This document shows, piece by piece, positions 12,801 through 26,965 of a stretch of 64,000 bases of DNA. The stretch spans positions 12,828,716 through 12,892,715 of the forward strand of contig CP154954.1 in the NCBI GenBank assembly GCA_039621445.1, read 5' to 3'. The translations under genes were made by a program, and so were the position numbers. The DNA is from Euglena gracilis. Lineage: Eukaryota. The notes below the pieces were generated by a model. It was not told where the DNA came from. It searched no databases and saw only the letters and a list, made by a program, of their open reading frames with translations. The stretch's first letter is position 1; the number at the start of each line of letters is the position of its first letter.

Positions 12801-15126
12801 CAAAAAAGTCAACAAAAAATAAGAATAACCACAAAAATAAAAAAAAATAATTTAAATAAATAACAGACATATGCAATAAGAAAATCATCACAGTAATCAT
12901 AAAAATATGACATAAATCGAAATAATCAAACAAATTAAACCAAAATAGTAAATAAGCAAAACAGGCAGTATCTGGGAGCATGATCTACAACTTGAAGTTC
13001 TGGGCATACCCCCCGCTTTCAGGAATTGTCCAGCACACTTGAAAAGAAATGTGTGTGAAATGTGTGTGAGTTTTCTTGACCCCAAAGGTACAGCTGGACC
13101 CCAAAGGGGAGTCCATCCGTCCGGCTGCAGAGGTGCTGGCTGGACCCCCGCCCTTTTTCAGCTGAAAAATTCAAGGTAAAAAGAAGTGGAATAAAAAACC
13201 AAACATCCACCCTCCAAACACCCACTTTTGACCGTATCTGGACCAAAGTTCACCGATTTGCGTCCGAAGAAGAAATCCCACAGCCCACCCCGGCCCCGGA
13301 AATCCCCCCACCGTAACCCTCACTCTCCACTCATTTGTTGAGGGCATTTCAATTTTATTAATTTATTTATTTATTTATTTACTTATTTATTCAATTTATT
13401 TAATTTTTGATATATTCCCCCCTAAATTATTCAGAAATGCCCCAAAGGTGTGGGGTTATCTGCATGTCTCCCCACCTCCTCCGAAAAATTGCCGCCGTGG
13501 CACGCCCCCTGGTGCCAGTCTGGTGCAGTGCCCCGGGGCGCCGTCCCGTCACTCGCCCCCACACGCGTGCTGCATTCCACCTCATTCGTCTCCATCCCCA
13601 GGGTGGGACGTGCCGCTGGCTGCCCAGAAAAGCGTGATGACGCCATTTTCCAGAAAGGGACCATAGAAGCTGAGGACCAGCGTCAGTAAGTCTCGTGGAT
13701 TTAGTCTCCCCTTCTCAACCCCGGGTTTTCACCTCGCATTTTCTTTTTGACAATCAACAGAAAGATTCAGTCGGTTCTTTGGTAATGAAGGTGCACATTG
13801 TCCTTTTTCCCCCATTGGACCACATAACCGCCCCTCCCCACCAGGCTTATGGTTGGAACAGTTTATTGTGGTATATCATTTGCGGTTATAAGACGCTGTT
13901 CTTCGAACTCGTTTTTTGTGTTGGTTGTTACTTTTTGCGAGGTTTTGTTGTGCGTGCGTGTGTTTACTTTAAGAGTTACTTAGAAAGGAAATGACCCGAT
14001 TTTCAGCTGAGACCTTTTTCAACAGAAATCGAAAATTTCAAATCCTTATGTTCCCAATGATACAAATGTTCAGTTTCTTGACGATTTGATAACAGCACCT
14101 TTCTTTTAGGTGGCCCAAACGTTCAGTCTGGAACCAATTTTCTGTATAATTTCCTGCTTGATGCACCTCGTTTCTAGCTTATTTTTTTCAAAGTGAAATG
14201 TTTTGTTGATCATTTTGTAAATTCCTCATCCCCAAATCTCCACCCCAATCGACAGAAGTGCTGTTTTGCATTTCAAACTCAGCCGAAATATTTTTGATGT
14301 GAATTCGGGGAGTGGGGTCGGATTCCCGCTTGAGTCGCCCAGTCTCCCCCTCGGGTTTCCAAGTACCCTCCACGGCCACGGGGATCTATGAAAACTCACG
14401 ACGCGCCATTTAGGCGGCCTAACTCGCATTTAAGGTTTTGATTGTTGCATTTCGTCTAAGCGCAATCTGCGTGCGCAGTGTCTGCAGTATTGCAATATTT
14501 TTGAACCCCGGTAGTGAAACCCACCTTTTTGACTCTTTGGGCCCACGGAGATCATCCACGTGCCGTGAGCTGATGTTGTGACCCAGGGAACAGGCCCAAT
14601 GTTGGTGTTTTCCACCCTGTGCACCATTTTTCAAAAGGTTCAAAATCCTGGGTTTGAACGCACGCTGGGACACGTGAATTTTCCCAAAAAAGGGCCAAAA
14701 CCACTGTTGTGAGTCCCTCGTTTTTGAAACCTTGACTGTGTTCCCCAGATGGTGCTACACAGGTTGGGTGAATTTTGGCTTTTTTGGTTGCTTTTTTAGG
14801 CTCTGCGACATGTGCCTGAAGAGTTGCCTGCTGAGTCATGCAGAGGGTGAACTCTACGCACACGTTGTGAAAAGTTTAGAAAAACGACGTGTCACAGAGT
14901 TGCGATCCCTGGGAGCTTGAGCTTGAACGTCGGCGCAACAGCCACAGGAGCCCAGTGTGCTGTGCCCATTGACCGTAGAGTTCCAAGTCGTTGCTTTCTT
15001 ACCCAAGCCCTGGGGGTGTAGGGAGACATTAATGCGGACTGCCCTGAACCTCAGGCCTCGGTGTTCGAAGACAGAACTTTTTTGCAAAATGAATTGGGTC
15101 CCAGAAAATTTGGAATCCTCATTTTT

Positions 15127-15290
15127 GGTTACCTGGAGCCTCCAGGGAGGCTCCAGGGAGGCTGGTTACCTGAGCCTCCCTGGAGCCTCCCTGGAGCCTC
15201 CCTCTGGGGAGCCTCCTTGGAGGCTGGTTACCTAAGGAGCCTCCTGGAGCCTCCCTGGAGCCTCCTGGAGCCTCCCTGGAGCCTCCAGCA
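15127..15290 (+). repeat. 11-bp GGAGCCTCCCT tandem array punctuated by GGTTACC
   Basis: Directly visible; second array at 16403-16620 and mirror copy at 19340-19503. Confidence 0.9.
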
Positions 15291-15599
15291 GGTAAACAAT
15301 TTTGTACATAGGCCATGTTCGACCCTCCACCTCTGCTTCCGCTATATATTTACACACACAAATCACGTTTGCCCGTTCGCTATTTACGCCATGTCCGCCA
15401 ATTGCAGAATTGGTTGAAACATTTATCCATTTGCCACAAAGACGCCATGTCCGCCTGATTTTGCTTTTACCGTTTACCCGTTTGCTATTTACGCTTTGTC
15501 CACCAAATTTTGTCCACACAGAAGGATGTTGTTATTGGGGAGCAGGGGAGGGGGGAGGGGGGTAGGAGGGAGAGGGGAAGGGGGTGGGGGGAGGGGGGG

Positions 15600-16240
15600 G
15601 ATGCAGACGCTGGACAAGATGCAGATGCTGGACAAGATGCCGTGGACGCAGATGCTGGACAAGATGCAGATGCTGGACAAAATGCAGACGCTGGACAAGA
15701 TGCAGATGCTGGACAAGATGCAGATGCTGGACAAAATGCAGACGCTGGACAAGATGCAGATGCTGGACAAGATGCAATGGTTGCAGATGCTGGACAAGAT
15801 GCAGACACTGGACAAGATGCAGATGCTGGAGAAGATGCAGTGGTTGCAGATGCTGGACAAGATGCAGATGCTGGACAAAATACAGACACTAGACAAGATG
15901 CAGATGCTGGACAAGATGCAGTGGTTGCAGATGCTGAACAGAATGCAGATTCCAGACAAGATGCAGTGGACGCAGATACTGGACGAGATGCAGATGTTGG
16001 ACAAGATGTACATGCTGGACAAGTTGTAGATGTTGGACAAAAGAGGACAATATTGGACAACATGCAATGGTTGTAGATATTGGACAAGATGCAATGGATG
16101 CAGGTACTGGACAAGGTGTAGATACTGGACAAGGTGCAGAGACCACACAACATGCAAATACGGGACAAGATATTGACGTTTGACAAGATGCAGACACCGG
16201 ACAAGATTCAAATGCTAGTCAAGATGCAGATGTTGTCCAG
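15600..16240 (+). repeat. 18-bp minisatellite (GATGCAGATGCTGGACAA)n with 9-bp insert variants
   Basis: Roughly 30 units, homogeneous at the 5' end and degenerate at the 3' end. Confidence 0.95.
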
Positions 16241-16402
16241 ATGTTTCACATCTCTTCTTCTTGTGCCTCGCTGTGCCTGCATTATCCCATTATCCTTGTC
16301 GCATCCCCGGCGAGCAACTGCTGATTCTTGCATTCTGAGTCTACAACACCACAGATTGCATCACGGCACACCACCTGTCCCACTGTCGGCCTGTGCACAA
16401 AA

Positions 16403-16620
16403 CTGGTTACCTGAACCTCCCTGGAGCCTCCATGGAGGCGCCCTGGAGGCTGGTTACCTGAGCCTCCCTGGAGCCTCCTGGAGGCTCCTTAAAAGGGAGC
16501 CTCCCTGGAGGCTGGTTACCTGAGCCTCCCTGGAGCCTCCCTGGAGCCTCCCCGGAGCCTCCCTGGAGCCTCCCCGGAGCCTCCCTGGAGCCTCCCTGGA
16601 GCCTCCGGCAGGTAACCTCC
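16403..16620 (+). repeat. 11-bp GGAGCCTCCCT tandem array, second block
   Basis: Directly visible; same orientation as 15127-15290. Confidence 0.9.
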
Positions 16621-17061
16621 AAGGCAGGATTCCATTTTTGCGGTAGACCCAAATGAATTTGCGTGTCGGCGCAAAGTTACAATCATTTTCAAAGCCATGT
16701 GCGAATTAGGCGGCCTAAGACAGCGAAACTGGTTGTGTTTGATTTTTTTCCAATAAAAATGGTGATACCGCGGCTCGTTTGTTTCGTCCTATTCTGGGCT
16801 GGTGCCGCCGGCCCACCCTGGCGGTCTCTTCCTTCCACCGTCGTGCCTCTGCCACTTGGCCGAGACGCTCCCCCCTCCGGTCTGCACCGCCAGCGCTGAC
16901 TGCACCTCCAGCGCGCCGGGCCTTCCACACACTCTCTCAGCCACCACGAGTCGCGCACTCTCGGGTGGCAAAGGGACCTTTCCTCCCCTGGACTGATCCC
17001 GTGTGGAAAGCCGTGCAAGACAACCTTTCGCACGTCGCTTTCTTTTGCTCTTTGCCATGAG

Positions 17062-17478
17062 CAGGTATTATTATTATTGGTATTTTTTCGAAATTTTGAG
17101 GCATTTTAAGGCATTTTTTTGAAGATTTTTTAAGGCATTTTAAGGTGTTGTTTTCCAGGGTGGTCCAAGGGTTATCGAACCAACGTTTTTGATTTTGAAT
17201 GTTCCCCAAAATCAAAACGTCAAAAAACACTTTTTTTTTGAGTTTTGGGACAGTAATGTTCCAGCGATGCCAGAAAAATTTTTTCTTCCAAGATTTGGCT
17301 CGTTTTTGGCGAGATTTTGCGCTTTGATACTTGTTTGGTCGGAGAAAATCCTGCCAGTCCAAACTGTCTAAGGCATTTTCAGATATTTTCAAGAATTTAA
17401 AGGTATTTTGGCAACATATTTTCAGGCCTTTTTCAGGCATTTTAGGTTTTTAAGGCGCCTTAAAAATAATAATGTCTG
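17062..17478. mobile_element. hAT-like MITE
   Basis: TIRs CAGGTATTATTATT / rc CAGACATTATTATT; 8-bp flanks GCCATGAG (17054-17061) and GCCAGGAG (17479-17486); subterminal AGGCATTTT repeats. Confidence 0.7.
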
Positions 17479-18246
17479 GCCAGGAGGGAGGGGGCTGCAG
17501 GTGGACAGGGCCAGCCAGACGAGATCAATTAGACAGGAAACACCACAGCAAGCCCCATGAAAAAAAAATAGCCACCCAATGTAATCAACCATTTTGTGAG
17601 TAACCCCCAAGTTTCAGCAACATTTTGAATTATATTTTGGCCCGACACCCAAATCCAAGCAAACCCCAAACAGAAGCAACCCCTGGCCTGATGCTATGAA
17701 GATAATTTTCATGAAAATTGCATTGGAACGGCTGAAAGAAGCATTCTTTAAATTTGGGCAACCCCCAAATTTAAATCACCCTAAGCCTTTTTTCGGAAAC
17801 AAAATATAGGTGACAGAACTGCTTATATTTTTGGGGATTTTGCAATCACAGCAGGTGTTTTCCAAGGGACAGACATTATTTTCTAAGACACAACGTGTCA
17901 TTGGTTGCCCCTGTCAGGAACACCCAAAACCTTGCTGTGTTTTGAACAGGGAGGTGTTTTCGTGTTGGTTCAGGTGAGGTGTCTCTCTCCTGAAGAACCC
18001 CCCAAGGCTTTTTGTCCCCCTCCTCCTTACATACATGCCTCCCCCTAAAGTGGACCCACGGCCGTAACTTGTCACCTTGGACCCGTATTTTAACATTCTG
18101 GCTTATTTTGCGCAAGGCCCAACAAAATCCTTAACAATACAGATTTGGCCGCTTAAGATTGACCCTGGCCCCTCCCTTCATTTGTGCCCAGGCAAAGCGC
18201 CGGGTGGGGGGGGAGGTTATGTGCAGAAAACACTGCAATTGGGGTG

Positions 18247-21200
18247 GTGGGACAGGTGTTGTGCCGTGATGCAATCTGTGGTGTTGTAGACTCAGAATGC
18301 AAGAATCAGCAGTTGCTCGCCGGGGATGCGACAAGGATAATGGGATAATGCAGGCACAGCGAGGCACAAGAAGAAGAGATGTGAAACATCTGGACAACAT
18401 CTGCATCTTGACTAGCATTTGAATCTTGTCCGGTGTCTGCATCTTGTCAAACGTCAATATCTTGTCCCGTATTTGCATGTTGTGTGGTCTCTGCACCTTG
18501 TCCAGTATCTACACCTTGTCCAGTACCTGCATCCATTGCATCTTGTCCAATATCTACAACCATTGCATGTTGTCCAATATTGTCCTCTTTTGTCCAACAT
18601 CTACAACTTGTCCAGCATGTACATCTTGTCCAACATCTGCATCTCGTCCAGTATCTGCGTCCACTGCATCTTGTCTGGAATCTGCATTCTGTTCAGCATC
18701 TGCAACCACTGCATCTTGTCCAGCATCTGCATCTTGTCTAGTGTCTGTATTTTGTCCAGCATCTGCATCTTGTCCAGCATCTGCAACCACTGCATCTTCT
18801 CCAGCATCTGCATCTTGTCCAGTGTCTGCATCTTGTCCAGCATCTGCAACCATTGCATCTTGTCCAGCATCTGCATCTTGTCCAGCGTCTGCATTTTGTC
18901 CAGCATCTGCATCTTGTCCAGCATCTGCATCTTGTCCAGCGTCTGCATTTTGTCCAGCATCTGCATCTTGTCCAGCATCTGCGTCCACGGCATCTTGTCC
19001 AGCATCTGCATCTTGTCCAGCGTCTGCATCCTACCCCGCCCCCCACCCCCTTCCCCTCTCCCTCCTACCCCCCTCCCCCCTCCCCTGCTCCCCAATAACA
19101 ACATCCTTCTGTGTGGACAAAATTTGGTGGACAAAGCGTAAATAGCAAACGGGTAAACGGTAAAAGCAAAATCAGGCGGACATGGCGTCTTTGTGGCAAA
19201 TGGATAAATGTTTCAACCAATTCTGCAATTGGCGGACATGGCGTAAATAGCGAACGGGCAAACGTGATTTGTGTGTGTAAATATATAGCGGAAGCAGAGG
19301 TGGAGGGTCGAACATGGCCTATGTACAAAATTGTTTACCTGCTGGAGGCTCCAGGGAGGCTCCAGGAGGCTCCAGGGAGGCTCCAGGAGGCTCCTTAGGT
19401 AACCAGCCTCCAAGGAGGCTCCCCAGAGGGAGGCTCCAGGGAGGCTCCAGGGAGGCTCAGGTAACCAGCCTCCCTGGAGCCTCCCTGGAGGCTCCAGGTA
19501 ACCAAAAATGAGGATTCCAAATTTTCTGGGACCCAATTCATTTTGCAAAAAAGTTCTGTCTTCGAACACCGAGGCCTGAGGTTCAGGGCAGTCCGCATTA
19601 ATGTCTCCCTACACCCCCAGGGCTTGGGTAAGAAAGCAACGACTTGGAACTCTACGGTCAATGGGCACAGCACACTGGGCTCCTGTGGCTGTTGCGCCGA
19701 CGTTCAAGCTCAAGCTCCCAGGGATCGCAACTCTGTGACACGTCGTTTTTCTAAACTTTTCACAACGTGTGCGTAGAGTTCACCCTCTGCATGACTCAGC
19801 AGGCAACTCTTCAGGCACATGTCGCAGAGCCTAAAAAAGCAACCAAAAAAGCCAAAATTCACCCAACCTGTGTAGCACCATCTGGGGAACACAGTCAAGG
19901 TTTCAAAAACGAGGGACTCACAACAGTGGTTTTGGCCCTTTTTTGGGAAAATTCACGTGTCCCAGCGTGCGTTCAAACCCAGGATTTTGAACCTTTTGAA
20001 AAATGGTGCACAGGGTGGAAAACACCAACATTGGGCCTGTTCCCTGGGTCACAACATCAGCTCACGGCACGTGGATGATCTCCGTGGGCCCAAAGAGTCA
20101 AAAAGGTGGGTTTCACTACCGGGGTTCAAAAATATTGCAATACTGCAGACACTGCGCACGCAGATTGCGCTTAGACGAAATGCAACAATCAAAACCTTAA
20201 ATGCGAGTTAGGCCGCCTAAATGGCGCGTCGTGAGTTTTCATAGATCCCCGTGGCCGTGGAGGGTACTTGGAAACCCGAGGGGGAGACTGGGCGACTCAA
20301 GCGGGAATCCGACCCCACTCCCCGAATTCACATCAAAAATATTTCGGCTGAGTTTGAAATGCAAAACAGCACTTCTGTCGATTGGGGTGGAGATTTGGGG
20401 ATGAGGAATTTACAAAATGATCAACAAAACATTTCACTTTGAAAAAAATAAGCTAGAAACGAGGTGCATCAAGCAGGAAATTATACAGAAAATTGGTTCC
20501 AGACTGAACGTTTGGGCCACCTAAAAGAAAGGTGCTGTTATCAAATCGTCAAGAAACTGAACATTTGTATCATTGGGAACATAAGGATTTGAAATTTTCG
20601 ATTTCTGTTGAAAAAGGTCTCAGCTGAAAATCGGGTCATTTCCTTTCTAAGTAACTCTTAAAGTAAACACACGCACGCACAACAAAACCTCGCAAAAAGT
20701 AACAACCAACACAAAAAACGAGTTCGAAGAACAGCGTCTTATAACCGCAAATGATATACCACAATAAACTGTTCCAACCATAAGCCTGGTGGGGAGGGGC
20801 GGTTATGTGGTCCAATGGGGGAAAAAGGACAATGTGCACCTTCATTACCAAAGAACCGACTGAATCTTTCTGTTGATTGTCAAAAAGAAAATGCGAGGTG
20901 AAAACCCGGGGTTGAGAAGGGGAGACTAAATCCACGAGACTTACTGACGCTGGTCCTCAGCTTCTATGGTCCCTTTCTGGAAAATGGCGTCATCACGCTT
21001 TTCTGGGCAGCCAGCGGCACGTCCCACCCTGGGGATGGAGACGAATGAGGTGGAATGCAGCACGCGTGTGGGGGCGAGTGACGGGACGGCGCCCCGGGGC
21101 ACTGCACCAGACTGGCACCAGGGGGCGTGCCACGGCGGCAATTTTTCGGAGGAGGTGGGGAGACATGCAGATAACCCCACACCTTTGGGGCATTTCTGAA

Positions 21201-24200
21201 TAATTTAGGGGGGAATATATCAAAAAATTAAATAAATTGAATAAATAAGTAAATAAATAAATAAATAAATTAATAAAATTGAAATGCCCTCAACAAATGA
21301 GTGGAGAGTGAGGGTTACGGTGGGGGGATTTCCGGGGCCGGGGTGGGCTGTGGGATTTCTTCTTCGGACGCAAATCGGTGAACTTTGGTCCAGATACGGT
21401 CAAAAGTGGGTGTTTGGAGGGTGGATGTTTGGTTTTTTATTCCACTTCTTTTTACCTTGAATTTTTCAGCTGAAAAAGGGCGGGGGTCCAGCCAGCACCT
21501 CTGCAGCCGGACGGATGGACTCCCCTTTGGGGTCCAGCTGTACCTTTGGGGTCAAGAAAACTCACACACATTTCACACACATTTCTTTTCAAGTGTGCTG
21601 GACAATTCCTGAAAGCGGGGGGTATGCCCAGAACTTCAAGTTGTAGATCATGCTCCCAGATACTGCCTGTTTTGCTTATTTACTATTTTGGTTTAATTTG
21701 TTTGATTATTTCGATTTATGTCATATTTTTATGATTACTGTGATGATTTTCTTATTGCATATGTCTGTTATTTATTTAAATTATTTTTTTTTATTTTTGT
21801 GGTTATTCTTATTTTTTGTTGACTTTTTTGTCGTATTCCAGTTATTTTACTTCCTTTTTCATAGGCAATATGTTGCACCAGCCACTCTGGAGCTCTTCCA
21901 CTTTGCCCTGGATCTGCCAGCGTGAAAAAGCATAAAAAATGTTACAAAAAAACAGAAATTATTCGAAAGTAACCTTCACATTCTGCAAAAAAAAACCAGG
22001 TCACCCCCCCCACCGAGCACTGTCCCTTCGACGGCGGGGGGCATGTCACAGGGGTAAAGGTCGCACACTCCACACGGATAATGCAAGGGGGGGGGGGCAA
22101 AATGCCATCTCTACGGGAACTCCTTTGCGCTTCTGCTATGGCAAGCACCTTGGTCGAAAGCACGTTCCCCCGTTGTGGGGAGGTACACGTCCCCGTGGGT
22201 TTGAAAGGCCTCCATGGCGGCTCTGTTTGAATTTGCGAAACTTTCTCGACATTGCTCTTTTGCTTGCAATTTTTTTCCATGCAGGGGAGCGGTTCATACA
22301 GCACTGACCGCTTCACAATTATTAGAACCGGAACAAAATAATCTTTGTCATTCTCCCAAACAAAATCACTGGAATCGCGGAAATTTGCTGGTGAAGCGTC
22401 CCACGCGCGGGCTCCCGCCAACACATTTGACGGTTCAGCGAGGTCAAACCAGCACACTGCGCCCGCAAAGCGGTCAGGGCTGGGGGGGGGGGGGGGGGGC
22501 CTGATGTAGCCCGGAGGCAACCCCATGGCAGGCTGGGAGGGAGAGTCATTCCACCAGTGGCACACTAATGATTGCAAGAGGTGTGCCCCCCAAGCACACA
22601 ACAACGGTATCGGTGCCCCTGGCATTTCAAGGCTGAAATGCTGAGAAGTATGGTTGGACATTGATTGCGTAGGTTGGTGGAATTGCATCCCTGGGGTCTG
22701 TGCATCACCTAACGTTTTCTTGAGCCCGAGGGGACCTTGTCCCCTGGTCGAGCTACACTTTGTGTGGCTGCGAGACGAAGCTGTGATGGACCGAAAAAAA
22801 TATTTTTGGGCTCATCCGAAATTCTTTTTAACGAGGCAAAAAAATGACCAAAAACAACAGCATTTTTAAATGCATTTATATTTATCACCTCAAAAGATTG
22901 GCTGAAAAATCCCAACCAACCCAACTGTATTTGGACTTTGTTGGTTTTACCAGCCGTGTCCAGCTGCTGGACCCCTTTAGCCAACACTTTTTTCCAGCCA
23001 ACACTTTCTTCAGTCGGGGAACCCCCAGCAGGTACTTAAAGAAGACCTCTGTTCAGAAATCCCTGCGACACCGCAACCTTTGAGATGCAGAAATACTTAG
23101 AATATGAAAAAAAAAATTACACAAGCAGCATCTGGGAGCAGGCACAGAGCAACGTCACTTATATTTTCGCTTTTGAGCAGCAATATTTCATCAACTACTA
23201 ACTTTTTTTGCAATTATTTGGAAGCCATAATATGTGCTGCGTCTTCTTCGTCTTCGTGGCACACCCCATCTTGTGGCCTGTGGGACGGTTCCACTTTTCA
23301 CTTTCAGGATTTGCACTAGTGGGGGTTGTTGGCGGGTGTGGGGGCAAATTCGCCCGTGGAGGCGCCAAACGACTGCAACCAGTTGCATGGCTTGCGAGAA
23401 TGACATTTTTTCCCCCTCCCCTGGAGCATGTCCCAGGCAAATTTCCGACCATGCTTGTGCTTACCGACCGGGGGGAGGTGGGGGGTGGGGGGTGCTATAG
23501 GGTGCCTGCCCCTAGCAGGCACGCCCCCCGGCGGGTAGGGGTCCGGGGGGGACCCAGAAAATTTCAGGGAAATGGAATTTTCCGGGCCCCCCAAAGGGCC
23601 CGGGCCCCCGCCCCACCAAAAAACCCCCCCCCCCCCCCCCCCCGGTGGGGTCGGATCGGGTGCTATGGGGTGCCTGCCCCTGGCAGCCCCCCCCCCCCCG
23701 CCATGGGGTAGGCACCCGACTGAGCACACGCCTGCTTCCGACCCCCCCCCGAGGTCCGCTGCAATATTTTACTGAGATGTGGTCCAAAAATGGTCAAAAG
23801 CAGGTTTTTTTGAGCCCTTAATTCTCATTTGCCCTATCTCATCAATCTCATCAATTGGGGGCAGGGTGCCCAGCCAGTGCGTCTCCAGCCAGACCTCAAC
23901 ATCCTCCATCAATTACCAACGTCATTCCCCTTCCGTTTTTTTTGTGTGTGGACGTTTCATTTTTTGACGGTTCCTCCCGGGAAACAGGTCTTAAATTACG
24001 AAAGTTCACCGCAATTATAAAACAAGCAAATTTTTTTGTCATTTCCCGTACCATTCACTTGTCACCAAGCACCTTTGGTCATCCAGAATTCTAGGCCCAG
24101 TCATGCTCAGTCACGCCCAGTCATGCCCGGTCACGCGCGTTCACAACCAGTCCACGCACAGAAATGCCAGTGCCAGGAAAGGAATTTGCCATAAGTGGTC

Positions 24201-25940
24201 AACAGAGGGCAAAACGTGACCGAAAATACTCAAAAACATGCATAGGGACAAAAATGGGAGAAGAAAGGCTAATTGTGGCCAGTCACGCCCAGTCACACCC
24301 AGTGAAACCCAGACGCAGAACCATAAATTACCAAAACACCTGTGTGACCACACCCCGGGGGGAAGTTTCAAGAGTTGGTGGGCGGGTTGGGGCCTCTGGA
24401 ACCCCCCCCCCCCCACGGGGTGGGGTGCCCATGGGTCAGAATTTGGCCCAGCCGAAGGACGGGGCGGAAGATTTAGTTCACCTTCTTCGGTTTATTTTGG
24501 CCGGAATCTGGGAGGGTAGGTGGTTGGTTGACCACCCCGGGGGTCATGGGTGGGTGGCTTTTTGAAAAAAGTGTGTGGATGGGTTTAGGCCCGCCCCGAC
24601 CCACCGCGGGGTTACTAAGTGAATCCATGCACGAAACCCCACTAATGAGTGTCATCAAAGCCAGTCACGCCCTGGTGCCCAGTCGTGCCCAGTCATTTCA
24701 TAGGTAACTGTTAAAGACAAGTGTGCCCCTGGGGAAAAAACACAGATGCCGCAAAAATAAACATATAGCGGAGCACACGAACCTCACAACTTCGTCTGGT
24801 TGAATGGGCCAATGTCAAAGGTGGGACCGAGAGAAAACATCATCGTGGTTCGAACTCCTGTGTGTTTGACGAAAACCGTTTGAACATAAACAAACCTTGC
24901 GAAACGAACTCCGCAGCAAAGCAGTGGACCAACAGGCACACGGGCAAGCCCAAAAAGTTTGGGTATAGCCAGCAAGAGCCAAAAGCAAAGGAAGCTATGG
25001 TCAACAAGTCCATGGAGGCAACTACTGAGCAGGATACCCTGCAGCTCGCGCCACTTCCACACCTCAATGGTAGCAAGCTCGCCGCACGGCTTCCGGACAG
25101 CGACTCCCAAAGGAATGGGGAGAGACTTCTTCGGAAACATAGTTTTCGGGGTTTCGGGTGAATTCTTTCGACTCCCAGTATACCAAGCTTCCATCAGTAT
25201 TCGACTCACCACGTTCAAAAACTACGACAAGTGCGCAAAATACACACCCTCGTGACCCAGCAGGTTTGACTTCAGGATTAACTCACCAATTCAGCAACTG
25301 AAGAAGCCTGGGCCCGAAGCAGGGGAAAGCGTGGGAAGCTGTACAATTAGGTGTCGGCGGGGGGCGATTGGTTTATGGACGAAAGCTGGATGAGTCCAAC
25401 TTCCAACTTTCAATTTCCAAAAGCCAACCTCCTCCTTGTCCAGAAATTGAGGAAATCGAACACAAAAATACTCCCCCCCCCCAAATAACCCCCCAACGTA
25501 CCATTCAGGAGAAAGCAGAAAAAATTTGGGTGGATATAAGCATTTTGAGGGGAACGCACATTATTGAGGAAAATGGGGATACACAACAAATTTTGTTTAG
25601 GTCACCCAGATAAGTTTGACTTCCCCCAAAATGTAAAGCCCCCCCCCCCACGCTGAGGATCTTGAAATCCCAGCAAAATACAAAGTTTGGGGAGCTGAAC
25701 ATTGGGGGGCTGGTTAGCTGCAAGTAATATTCTCATTCCGATGGACCATCGCAACGCAATGTCCAATCCGACCCAAATAAAAAAGACTGCCACCAGTGGT
25801 AATGGGGGACGTTTCAGCGGGTTGCCATGGTTCCACGAAGAGTTGGAAGGGGAACATGACACGAAAGCTGCATTGTGCCATTTCTTCCGATATCTTGTCC
25901 GTCAAGCAGTAACGGTTCACGCCTGACCCACCACTTTCCA
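18247..25940 (-). repeat. Inverted repeat 1, right arm
   Basis: Reverse complement of 8686-16383. Confidence 0.98.
18390..19030 (-). repeat. 18-bp minisatellite, mirror copy
   Basis: Reverse complement of 15600-16240. Confidence 0.95.
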
Positions 25941-25945
25941 TGACC

Positions 25946-26908
25946 TGGACCATGACCTGAGCAGGGGGCAGGTCCGTCGGCCTTGCCAGGAGCACGTCAA
26001 CGACGTCATCACCGAGCTGAAGAACAATCTCCCGCAGGAGCTGATGCTCACTGGGTGGCCGGAGAGAGGAGCCCACCCTACCTCCCTGTGTTTTTGTCTG
26101 CTTTCCCGAGGTGATATTTCCACTCACTCCAAATTATATGCAGAACTGATTCGGATTACTTTTATATTTCTTCATTTTCCCCCCTGTTTTTATACACTGC
26201 TTGCGTAAAGGTGGGTGAATGCAAATTTCTCTGTGGCATCCTTTGCACAGCTGCCGGGAAGTGGGTCATACTGAGTGGACAACATCGTTTCCTGGCCGCG
26301 GCAGCCATCGCCGACGCCGCGATCGCCGATGCGCCCCCGGCCTTCACGGAGAGGTTCCAGTGCAAAGTGGTGAAGGAGAACACCCACACAGGAGTGCCAG
26401 CAGCTGCCCGGCAGGCTGCAGGACATGGACGGGAATGTGATGGACATGACGCTGGCACCGCCTGCACTGGCTCCTAAAGGAGGACACCTACAACCGGGAG
26501 GCCGCTGAAGTACATGGGGTGCCCTACAACTCGATGAAGACGGAGCTGTTGAAGACCGTTTACAAGAAGACGGGCTGTTGGGAGACGGTGGATAGCGTCC
26601 TGGTGTGCTTGGTGTTGGCATCATAATACCTGCAGAGGATGAGAAACATGTCTAAATGGACAAAAATAATGTCCATTATGGTAATGCGTTGATAGACAAG
26701 AATATAATTTGAAATGTTTCCCCGCTTCAATTTCATTCTGATGTGGTTGTTTTCATCCTCTCAGGGGACCTGGGTGAAGGCCATGCTCCCGGTGACGGAG
26801 TGGGTGCAGCAGTAGATTCTTTTTAACTGAGAAATGCAAATCCGCTATACAACTTACACTTGATACTTTTTTCTTTTCAAATGTTTGGCATATTTAATTT
26901 GTTTGTTG

Positions 26909-26965
<57 letters not shown>

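Larger units (their letters stand above)
8686..16383 (+). repeat. Inverted repeat 1, left arm (~7.7 kb)
   Basis: Reverse complement of 18247-25940. Mirrored ORF pairs have coordinate sums of ~34626-34631; differences are mostly homopolymer lengths. Confidence 0.98.
14409..16719. mobile_element. Putative non-autonomous TIR element with subterminal GGAGCCTCCCT arrays and an internal minisatellite
   Basis: Ends are TTTAGGCGGCCTAACTCGCA (14409) and, as reverse complement, CTTAGGCCGCCTAATTCGCA (16719). 15083-15120 is also an inverted match to ~16627-16663. No convincing TSD except a possible TA. Confidence 0.55.

Noticed and set aside
15600-16240. CRISPR-like array
   Set aside because: Units are contiguous with no unique spacers, there are no cas genes, and the context is eukaryotic.
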